Below the pieces are notes generated by a model. That model saw only the letters and a list, made by a program, of their open reading frames with translations. It ran no database searches and was not told where the DNA came from. Of a stretch of 64,000 bases of DNA, positions 37,545 through 46,000 are shown one piece after another. A program made the translations under genes and the position numbers. How positions within the stretch are numbered: the stretch's first letter is position 1; the number at the start of each line of letters is the position of its first letter. This stretch comes from an uncultured Candidatus Cloacimonadota bacterium (GTDB lineage Bacteria; Cloacimonadota; Cloacimonadia; Cloacimonadales; CAYQPF01), in assembly GCA_964419225.1 (NCBI GenBank), contig CAYQPF010000001.1, forward strand, positions 45,424-109,423, read 5' to 3'.

Positions 37545-37986
37545 AATATTGTATATTTTACTGATAATATTGACTGCTCAGTCCATATATGGTTTTGAAA
37601 CAGGGAAAAATCCAACGAAAGCAGCATTGATGGCTTTGGTAATACCGGGAACCGGGCAGTATTATAACGAGTCCTATATCAAGGCAGGTACTTTTTTGAC
37701 ACTGCAATGCTATTTTGTGGGAAATGCTCTGTATCATCATAAAAAGATGAATGATGCTTATGACAAAGTGCCAACTTATACTGGTACGGAAGATAATCCC
37801 TATATAAATGAGTATAATTCTTACTATAATAAGACCCAAAATGATTACTGGTGGATCGGAGCAACAGCATTGATTTCCTCCCTGGATGCTTATGTTGATG
37901 CACATTTATACAATTTCAAAGCGAAGAAAAAAGAGGTACATCTTAAATTCACGCAGTCTTCTGTTGGCTTAGAACTTAAATTCTAA
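37537..37986 (+). CDS. DUF5683-like small secreted/membrane protein
   Basis: Signal peptide. PTKAALMALVIPGTGQYYNESYIKAG motif. Confidence 0.5.
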   Translation: MRKILYILLIILTAQSIYGFETGKNPTKAALMALVIPGTGQYYNESYIKAGTFLTLQCYFVGNALYHHKKMNDAYDKVPTYTGTEDNPYINEYNSYYNKTQNDYWWIGATALISSLDAYVDAHLYNFKAKKKEVHLKFTQSSVGLELKF

Positions 37987-37994
37987 GATTTTAA

Positions 37995-40382
37995 ATGTTA
38001 CGCAAAACAATACTTTTAATTGTCATATCTATCCAAATATCTTTATATGCCATAAATGTTATAATCAATGAAGTGATGTATGATCCTGTTGGCACGGATG
38101 ATTTTCATGAATGGATCGAGCTTTATAATCCCAGAGATATAGCAGTTAACCTGGAAGGGTGGGTCTTACTGTCTGGAGGAGAGGCTTTTGATACCACTTT
38201 TGTTTTTCCCCGCAAGATGATTCAGGCACATGGTTTTTTGCTAATTGGAGAGGAGGATGTGGAAAATGCAGATATTATTGCTTTATTGGATTTACAGAAT
38301 GGAGGTGCAGAATCAGACGGGATAAGGTTGATATCAGCAAATGGATATTATACAGATACTGTTTTATACGATTCACCTAACAGTAACGGACTTGGGGATG
38401 ACGAATCAAATCCTGGATGGGAGTTACTCCAGGATGTGGTGAGTGGACATAGTCTGGCACGCAAATCTGACGGAGTTGATACAAATTTAGCATCAGACTG
38501 GTTTGATTGTTCTATCCCTTCACCGGGGAAAACTAATGTTTTGTCGATAGATTTAGCGATTGAGAAAAGTTTTGTTAAGAAAAATTCACCTTCTCCACAG
38601 TTATTCACACTTATTAGCAACTTATCCACAAATTTGGTGGATAACTCTCCAATCTCTGTGGACATATATGTGGATAACTCTCTTTTCATACACATCACTG
38701 TATCACAGCTTATGCCTCTAGAAGTTTTGACAACAGTAACAGATTTGCCGAATTTAACTGAAGGATGCCGGAGAATAAGAGTTATATTAAATTATTCTCA
38801 GGATTCTAATCCTGGCAATAACAGTTATGAATTTCAATATTGGCAAGGCAGGTCGCCCTTGATCATTAATGAGATAATGTATGCCCCTGCCTCAGATAAT
38901 CAGGAATGGTTGGAAGTTTATAACCGGAGTGATTCTACCTTTTCTGCTGATTCTTTATTTATTGAGGATACTGGCGGAGGAAGAATAGAATTTTCGGGAA
39001 TGATTCATCCTTTTGAATACAAAATTATTTGTAGTAATCCTGAGCAAATGAAACAGAAATATATCTGGCTGACAGATGGGCAAATACTCCCGGCATCTTC
39101 CTGGACATATTTAAACAACACAGATGAGACTCTCAAACTGGAAATTGGAACTCAGCTTCTAGATTCAGTTTATTATAACGGTAGTGGAACGCAAAATAAT
39201 CATTCATTGGAAAGGAACAATCCATACTCCGAAGAGGGTCTTAACTGGAGTATATGCAATAGTGAGTTTACTGCAACGCCGGGACAGGTTAACAGTAATA
39301 TAATCATGCAAAATGATTTAGAAATATCTTTCATTTCTTTTGAAGTATCTGGTAATCAATTAATTCATAAGGTTTTTATCAAGAATACAGGATTGAATAA
39401 TATCCGCTCCTTTTTACTAAGACTTTATCAGGAAGAAGAGAATTTAGTATTGCTGGATTCAGTTGATATCATTATCGCTGACAGTATAAGCTATGTTTTT
39501 CAAACAGATTTACCTGAGGATACTTACTGTACATTTAAGTATGTAGCAGATAGTGCTGAGGACGAAAATCAGAGCAATAATTTCTGCATCAGCAAATATC
39601 TGAGCAAAACTCTTCCCTGTGTGATCAATGAAATCATGTACAATCCTTTGGTAGATGAGCCGGAATGGTTGGAAATTAGGGTTAATAATCCAGGCCTGAT
39701 GATAGATGATTTTTACCTTGTATCTGGTGAAGAAACAATAGTTGTAAAAAGAACAAATAAGCAATTCATTGTTTTGACTAGTACAGTAGAAGATTCAACA
39801 TTTCTGGCAGCATTGATCGATCATAATCTTGCAGACCTACAAAGAGGTTTACCTGCATTACTGAATACAGGTGAAAATCTTTGTTTTCAGGACAAGTGGG
39901 GTAATTGTTGGGACTCATTCTTCTATCAGCCATCCTGGAGTAAAGAAAAAGGTGTGTCGATTGAACGAGTGAATCATAATATACTGCCTTCAGATACAAA
40001 CTGGGGCTTTTGTCTGAATGAAAAAGGGAATACGATAGGGACAGAAAATAGTATTCTAATTCAAACAATTGTATCAAATGTAGGATTAACAGTCAATCCT
40101 GATCCTTTTTCACCATACAGAAATGAGAGGACAATGCTTACGATCAGGATACCGGAAAAGATCTCGAAAGTAAATTGCCGGATATTTGATTTGAAGGGAA
40201 GAATTGTAAAAAAGATCTCAGATCAGAAGTTACAACCGGCAGAGTTTAGTATTATCTGGGATGGAAAAGATGATAAAGGACAGAATCTTTTACCCGGAAT
40301 TTACATAATTCAAATGGAAGCCTGTGGCAATACTACAGGCAGACTGTATCGAAAGCAGAAAACCGTAGTAATCGGGAAGTAG
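37995..40382 (+). CDS. Secreted protein with three lamin-tail-domain (LTD) modules and FlgD/T9SS-like C-terminal domain
   Basis: LTD openings VIINEVMYDPVGTDDFHEWIELYNP, LIINEIMYAPASDNQEWLEVYN, CVINEIMYNPLVDEPEWLEI. C-terminus VNPDPFSPYRNE...GIYIIQMEA. Confidence 0.7.
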   Translation: MLRKTILLIVISIQISLYAINVIINEVMYDPVGTDDFHEWIELYNPRDIAVNLEGWVLLSGGEAFDTTFVFPRKMIQAHGFLLIGEEDVENADIIALLDLQNGGAESDGIRLISANGYYTDTVLYDSPNSNGLGDDESNPGWELLQDVVSGHSLARKSDGVDTNLASDWFDCSIPSPGKTNVLSIDLAIEKSFVKKNSPSPQLFTLISNLSTNLVDNSPISVDIYVDNSLFIHITVSQLMPLEVLTTVTDLPNLTEGCRRIRVILNYSQDSNPGNNSYEFQYWQGRSPLIINEIMYAPASDNQEWLEVYNRSDSTFSADSLFIEDTGGGRIEFSGMIHPFEYKIICSNPEQMKQKYIWLTDGQILPASSWTYLNNTDETLKLEIGTQLLDSVYYNGSGTQNNHSLERNNPYSEEGLNWSICNSEFTATPGQVNSNIIMQNDLEISFISFEVSGNQLIHKVFIKNTGLNNIRSFLLRLYQEEENLVLLDSVDIIIADSISYVFQTDLPEDTYCTFKYVADSAEDENQSNNFCISKYLSKTLPCVINEIMYNPLVDEPEWLEIRVNNPGLMIDDFYLVSGEETIVVKRTNKQFIVLTSTVEDSTFLAALIDHNLADLQRGLPALLNTGENLCFQDKWGNCWDSFFYQPSWSKEKGVSIERVNHNILPSDTNWGFCLNEKGNTIGTENSILIQTIVSNVGLTVNPDPFSPYRNERTMLTIRIPEKISKVNCRIFDLKGRIVKKISDQKLQPAEFSIIWDGKDDKGQNLLPGIYIIQMEACGNTTGRLYRKQKTVVIGK

Positions 40383-40386
40383 GGGG

Positions 40387-40438
40387 GGACGTTTAATAGA
40401 ACGCGGATCTTCACGGAATTCGCAGAAAAAACGCAGAT
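40387..40438 (+). repeat. GGACGYTTAATAGAACGC-family repeat, copy flanking the GxxExxY gene (left)
   Basis: ggacgtttaatagaacgcggatcttcacggaattcgcagaaaaaacgcagat. 51/52 identical to 40896-40947. Confidence 0.9.
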
Positions 40439-40495
40439 AAATGTTTTTTATGATGTTTGTTAAGATAGTAAAATGTAAAAGAAGATGGAGGAAAT

Positions 40496-40870
40496 ATGAT
40501 TGAGTTTTTGCATAAAGAAATCACGGAACAGATTATAGAAAGTTATTACAAAGTGTATAATCAGTTGGGGTATGGTTTTTTGGAAAAAGTGTATGAAAAT
40601 GCTCTTTGTAATACTTTGAAGCAAAAAGGATTAGTCTGCGAAAAACAAAAGCCCATATCTGTTTATTTTGAAAATGAAATTGTGGGTGAGTATTTTGCTG
40701 ATTTAGTAGTAGAAAACAAAGTAATTGTTGAGATTAAATCAGTGGAAAATCTTTGTAAGGACCATGAAAATCAGTTAATTCATTATCTTAAAGCTACTAA
40801 AATAGAGGTGGGATTGTTAATTAATTTTGGCAGAAATGCAAAATTCATCAGAAGAGTGTTCTCGAATTGA
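40496..40870 (+). CDS. GxxExxY protein (PD-(D/E)xK nuclease superfamily, PDDEXK_3)
   Basis: ESYYKVYNQLGYGFLEKVYENAL contains the family signature G-FL-E-KV-Y. 124 aa, typical size. Confidence 0.85.
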   Translation: MIEFLHKEITEQIIESYYKVYNQLGYGFLEKVYENALCNTLKQKGLVCEKQKPISVYFENEIVGEYFADLVVENKVIVEIKSVENLCKDHENQLIHYLKATKIEVGLLINFGRNAKFIRRVFSN

Positions 40871-40895
40871 AAATGTCGGAAAACTGATAGAAATA

Positions 40896-40947
40896 GGACG
40901 TTTAATAGAACGCGGATCTTCACAGAATTCGCAGAAAAAACGCAGAT
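40896..40947 (+). repeat. GGACGYTTAATAGAACGC-family repeat, copy flanking the GxxExxY gene (right)
   Basis: ggacgtttaatagaacgcggatcttcacagaattcgcagaaaaaacgcagat. Confidence 0.9.
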
Positions 40948-41075
40948 GGATAGTTTTATTATACTTTTCCATGTTTTGATGCTTAATAATTTCTTGAAAT
41001 TAGGCAATTAGGAACTGATTGGCTGTTAAAATTTATGAAACTGTTCTTTATGTCGCATTTATTTAATACAGATAA

Positions 41076-41123
41076 CTGCGAAAATCAGCGAATACTGTGA
41101 AAATCCGCGTTCTATTAATCGTG
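41076..41123 (-). repeat. GGACGYTTAATAGAACGC-family repeat, inverted copy
   Basis: The reverse complement reads cacgattaatagaacgcggattttcacagtattcgctgattttcgcag. Together with 40896-40947 it forms a long inverted repeat around a 128-bp spacer. Confidence 0.8.
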
Positions 41124-41164
41124 TATCTTCTTTGGGGGATAGATCAAGAATTGTATTGACTTTA

Positions 41165-41195
41165 TTTTCAATTGTAATATTATAAGTATGTATAA
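41165..41195 (+). promoter_or_regulatory. Possible sigma70-like promoter for comM/yifB
   Basis: TTGACT - 17 nt - ATTATA (or 19 nt - TATAAG), about 25 nt upstream of the GGAGG/ATG. Confidence 0.3.
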
Positions 41196-41219
41196 AAAAT
41201 TATAGCATATGGAGGTAAG

Positions 41220-42761
41220 ATGTACGGGAAAAGCATCTCTTATTCTTTGATCGGGATCAATGCAGAGCAGATAGAAGTTGAATCAGATATAAAGCCCGGA
41301 CTTTTCAAGTTCTCCATTGTAGGCTTACCTTCTGATTCTGTTAAAGAAAGTCGGGATCGGGTATCAGCAGCTATAAAAAATAGCGGATATAAGTTCCATA
41401 CAAACAATTATACTGTAAATTTAGCTCCTGCTGATGTTCGCAAGGAAGGTGTGGCTCTTGATTTACCTATTGCCATGGCTATATTGAATGCTTCCAGACA
41501 AATTTCCGGGAAGAATTTGGATAGATATGCTCTAATTGGAGAGTTGTCTTTGGATGGGGATTTACGTCCTGTTAAAGGAATACTACCAGTAGCTTTGGCA
41601 GTTAAGAGAGATAAACTGGAGGGATTGATCGTCCCCGAAGATAATGCCAGAGAAGCAGCAGTCGTAGAAGGTTTGAAAGTATATGGAGTAGCAAATTTGC
41701 GGGATGTGATTTCATTTTTGGAAGAAAAGCTTACAATTCATGCCTGTGAGGTTGATAGAACCACAATGTTTTCGGGTTATGATGAAAACCAGGTAGATAT
41801 GTTTGATGTTAAGAGTCAGATGCAGGCGAAGAGAGCCTTAGAAATTGCTGCCGCAGGGGGACATAATTTGCTGATGCTGGGTCCTCCAGGATCTGGTAAG
41901 ACTATGCTGGCCCGCAGAGTGCCGACAATTTTGCCGGAACTGACATTGGAAGAAGCTTTGGAGACGACCAAAATTCATTCAGTTGCAGGAATGATAGCTG
42001 GGAAGAGAAACAGTATTGTCTCTTCGAGGCCTTTTCGTTCACCGCATCATACTATAAGTGATGTGGCTTTAATAGGTGGAGGAGCTTATCCCAAACCGGG
42101 GGAAGTTTCTCTTTCACATAATGGTGTTCTTTTTTTAGATGAGTTACCGGAGTTTAAGAAGTCTGTACTAGAAGTACTGAGACAACCATTGGAAGATGGA
42201 GTTGTGACAATTTCCAGAGCATCACAAAGTCTCATTTTTCCGGCTAAGTTTATGCTGATAGCTTCCATGAATCCGTGTCCTTGCGGATATTACGGGAGTG
42301 AAATCCAGGGGCATACTTGTCAATGTTCTGAAACCCAAATACATAAATATCGTTCCAAAATCTCCGGACCTTTGCTGGACAGGATTGATTTGCATTTGGA
42401 AGTTCCGGCAGTTAAATTCAATGAATTCTCACAGCAACCGAATGGAGAAAAATCTGTTGAGATCAGAGTCAGAATCAATAAAGCCAGAAGAATTCAATTG
42501 GAAAGATATAAAAAGGACAGCATATATTGTAATTCTCAAATGAACCCTAAGCAGATCAGAACCTACTGTAAATTGAAGCCGGATTGTCAGGAGATAATGA
42601 AGTCTGCGATGCACAATATGGGTTTTTCAGCCAGAGCATATGACAGGATCCTGAAAGTGGCACGAACAATAGCAGATTTGGAGGGAGCACCGGATATTTT
42701 GATTCATCATATCAGCGAGGCTGTGCAGTACCGGACTTTGGACCGTAAGTACTGGGGGTAG
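41220..42761 (+). CDS. comM: YifB/ComM family Mg-chelatase-like AAA+ ATPase
   Basis: Lon-like N-terminal domain. Walker A GPPGSGKTMLARR. Walker B VLFLDELPEF. C-terminal SARAYDRILKVARTIADLEG. Confidence 0.93.
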   Translation: MYGKSISYSLIGINAEQIEVESDIKPGLFKFSIVGLPSDSVKESRDRVSAAIKNSGYKFHTNNYTVNLAPADVRKEGVALDLPIAMAILNASRQISGKNLDRYALIGELSLDGDLRPVKGILPVALAVKRDKLEGLIVPEDNAREAAVVEGLKVYGVANLRDVISFLEEKLTIHACEVDRTTMFSGYDENQVDMFDVKSQMQAKRALEIAAAGGHNLLMLGPPGSGKTMLARRVPTILPELTLEEALETTKIHSVAGMIAGKRNSIVSSRPFRSPHHTISDVALIGGGAYPKPGEVSLSHNGVLFLDELPEFKKSVLEVLRQPLEDGVVTISRASQSLIFPAKFMLIASMNPCPCGYYGSEIQGHTCQCSETQIHKYRSKISGPLLDRIDLHLEVPAVKFNEFSQQPNGEKSVEIRVRINKARRIQLERYKKDSIYCNSQMNPKQIRTYCKLKPDCQEIMKSAMHNMGFSARAYDRILKVARTIADLEGAPDILIHHISEAVQYRTLDRKYWG

Positions 42762-42810
42762 TTCAGGTGTCAGGTACCAGGTGTCTGGTGTCAGTGGGGA
42801 AAGGAGAGGG
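42761..42810 (+). repeat. CAGGTGT-type heptamer array
   Basis: gttcaggtgtcaggtaccaggtgtctggtgtcagtggggaaaggagaggg. The same family occurs at 22141-22187. Confidence 0.8.
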
Positions 42811-42850
42811 ACGTTTAATAGAACGTGGATTTACACGAAAAACGCAGAAA
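42809..42850 (+). repeat. GGACGYTTAATAGAACGC-family repeat
   Basis: ggacgtttaatagaacgtggatttacacgaaaaacgcagaaa. Confidence 0.75.
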
Positions 42851-42870
42851 ATCAAGAATTTGAAAGATTT

Positions 42871-42905
42871 TATAAAACGAAAAGGGCACAATTTCTTGTG
42901 CCCTT
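42871..42905 (-). terminator. Rho-independent terminator of the giant T9SS gene (possibly bidirectional with comM)
   Basis: Minus-strand reading: aagggcaca-agaaat-tgtgccctt followed by ttcgtttta. Confidence 0.6.
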
Positions 42906-42940
42906 TCTGCATTATTGTTTTGTTATGAGTGACTTGGTCC

Positions 42941-43028
42941 CTCAATTTAAGTTCGTATCATTTGATTACAGTTTTGAGATTATCAACACCATAAATATGA
43001 TATCTGAACCATAAGCTGGACGCTAGTC
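42941..43028 (-). repeat. Conserved ~85-nt element directly 3' of a T9SS-cargo gene stop (copy 3)
   Basis: Sense reading after the TAG: gactagcgtccagcttatggttcagatatcatatttatggtgttgataatctcaaaactgtaatcaaatgatacgaacttaaattgag. Confidence 0.85.
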
Positions 43029-46000
43029 CTACTTCATTAAGATCATCTTCCGGGTGGAAGAGTATTTTCCTGATTTCATTTTGTAGAAGTAGATACCGCT
43101 GGAAACAGATTTACCAGAAGCATCTCTGCCGTTCCAAACAGCTTTATAATTTCCGGCAGGTTGTTTCTTGTTCACAAGATTGGTAACCTTTTGACCGGAA
43201 ATATTATAGATATCGATCACTGTCAATCCGTCATCTTTCTGGGAATATTCAATTGAGGTGGAAGGATTGAAAGGATTAGGATAATTCAAACCTAATTTAG
43301 TATTAAGAACAGCAGGATTATGATCGTTGTTGCCGACAAAAGTAACCGGTGCTGTAGGTTGTGATTCACCGTTAGGTGCAGTATAAACTGCAGTCAAATA
43401 ATAAGAATACTCTATATTAACAGCTACTGTTGCATCGGTATAGGTTAACTGAGCAGCAGGTACAGTTGTTAACAGGGCATTATTACGATAGATCTTGAAA
43501 CTGGTCAGACTTCTGTTGGTTTCCTTCTTTTGAGTATTACCTCTGACTCCTTCAGGATTAGGAGCATTCCAGGTTAAAACGGCCTGATTATTCACATTTT
43601 GAACAGCCAAGTTGGTTGGAGGATTGAATACTGGAGGGATATTAACGAAGTCATCTGAGTTACGTGCAGTAAAGTAATTACCTTCAGCAGTGGAATTACA
43701 GATACCTGTAATGTGTTGCTGGTTGATAGGAATATCATTTCCGATATAATCAACACCCGGGAAGGAAGTACGGAAACTGCCGGCAGCAGAAGCATCATGA
43801 ACAGCATATACTGTATTGTTGGCAAAAGTGTCCATCACATCAAAATTAACAGAATTGATCTTGATTAATTCAGCTTCGTATTGTTCGAAGTTATTATTCA
43901 TTTCTGCCATAGTAATTACTTGAGGCGTAATCACATTACCTGTTGAAACTGGAGGTCCCGGATTCAAAACAGGTACAAATTGCAGCATATTGCCTGTTAC
44001 GACGAGTTTTCCTCTGATGTTAGCGATTGCATCACCGAGGTTGTAGTTTGTTGTAATGATACCATTATTGTCATCAATCAGGATTGCAGCGGAAGCATCC
44101 TGGATGTATTTCTGGTTTCTGAAGGTTTGTTTGAAAGTTAGAACAGCATTACCTGTGAGGATATAATCCAAGTTTGGATTGATTTCCACTGCTCTTAAAG
44201 CTGCAATATTGTTCAGATATGCAGGAAGCATAATAGTTTCAGTATTTGAAGGTAAGGATTCACCATCAGGATTAGCATAGATTGCTGTAATAAAGTATTG
44301 GTAGTATCCGCCGTTTGTTGCTTCTGCATCATGGTAGGTTGTTACCGTGGAAGCCAGGGTAGTTACCAGAATATTGTTGCGATATACTTTATAACCACTC
44401 AAGCTTCTGCTGAGCATAGATTGTTTCTTCAGATTATTTCTGACCATACCTGCAGGAACGGGAGCTTGCCAAGCCAGATCAATAAAGTTATTGCCCGGAG
44501 TAGCAGTCAGGTTCTGAGGAGGATTGAAATTCGTGGTTGCAGGCTGGAAGTCTGCCAATGTTCTTGGGGTAAGATAGTTACCATCTGCACGTGAATTACA
44601 GATACCTATGATGTGTTGAGCATCTGTAGGAATAGGTGTATTGATATAATTCATATCATAGAAAGTAGTTCTAAGATAACCATTTCCAGAAGCGTCATGC
44701 ATAGGGTATCTGATGCCATTAGCAAAGTTTCCGGTAGAGTCTATGGTTACATTGATGACTCTGACCAATTCAGATTCATAATCTTCGAAATTAGTATTTA
44801 AATCAGATATTGTAATGATTTGAGGATTGATCACATTACCTGTAGAGGTTGCAGTTCCTGGATCGGTAAGAGGAGTAAATTCGAGCATACCGCCGAATTC
44901 GACAAGCTTACCGCTTAACCCTGTAATACCATCACCGATATTGTAAGCTGAAGTAATTGCACCGGGAAGATCATCGATCATGATAGCTGCTGAAGCATCC
45001 TGGACAAATTTTTGGTGTCTGTAAGTTTGAGCGAAGGTGAGGATAACTTCGCTATTTAAGTTATAGACTGTATTTGTGCCGACAGGTTGAGTTCTGAGAG
45101 CTGCGATACTGTTCAGATAGACAGGCAGGGCAGCAACGACTGAGTTTGAAGGTGCAGATTCCCCATCGGGGTTAGTATAAACAGCAGTAACATAGTAAGT
45201 ATATGTGTTACCATTAACAACAGTATTATCCTGATAGGTCAATTCGGCAATAGGAGTATCAAACAAAGCGGTTCCGTTTCTATAAACTTTATATCCGGTC
45301 AGACTTCTGGTACTCTTTCTGGCTTGAGCAGGAGCTTGCCAATTGAGAGTAACGACACCGTCTGCAAGAACATAACTCAGATTTTGTGGTGCCACGAAAT
45401 CTGTGATTACAGTAAAGTCGGCAATGCTACGAGCTGTAAAGTAATTGCCGTCAACTCTGGAATTGAAAATACCGACAACTGTTACAGGTGTTGTATAAAC
45501 GGGGATACCGATATAATCAACATCATAGAAAGTTGTTCTGAATCTAACGGTATCAGCAGTTCCATTCGTTAATTGATAGACAGTACCGTTGGCAAAATTA
45601 CCGGTTGGATTAACGAAGGACAAGTTTTCAATTTTTACTAATTCGGCTTCGAATTCTTCAAAATTAGTTACAAAATGATTGGGAGTGACAATTTGGGGGC
45701 TGATAATATTTCCTACGGTAGTAGGAGGACCGGGATTTACTGACGGGACAAATTGAAGCATTCCTCCGAATTCGGAAAGAGTACCTGTTAAGTTAGTAAT
45801 ACCATCACCCACATTGTAAGGAGTCGCTAAAACACCCGTCATATCATCAACTAAAATACCACCGGTAGCGTCCTGGAAATATTTTTGATTTCTGAAAGTC
45901 TGTTTAAAAGTGAGAACCGCCATACTACTAACTGAATAGATAGTGGTTGTGCCGGGAGTTTGTGTTCTTAATGCAGCAAAATTTTCCAATACAACCGGGA

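Noticed and set aside
42763-43014. ORFs 42763-42945 (-) and 42781-43014 (+) between comM and the giant gene
   Set aside because: They cover the heptamer array, a GGACG-family repeat, a terminator hairpin and the T9SS 3' element. There are no SD sequences.
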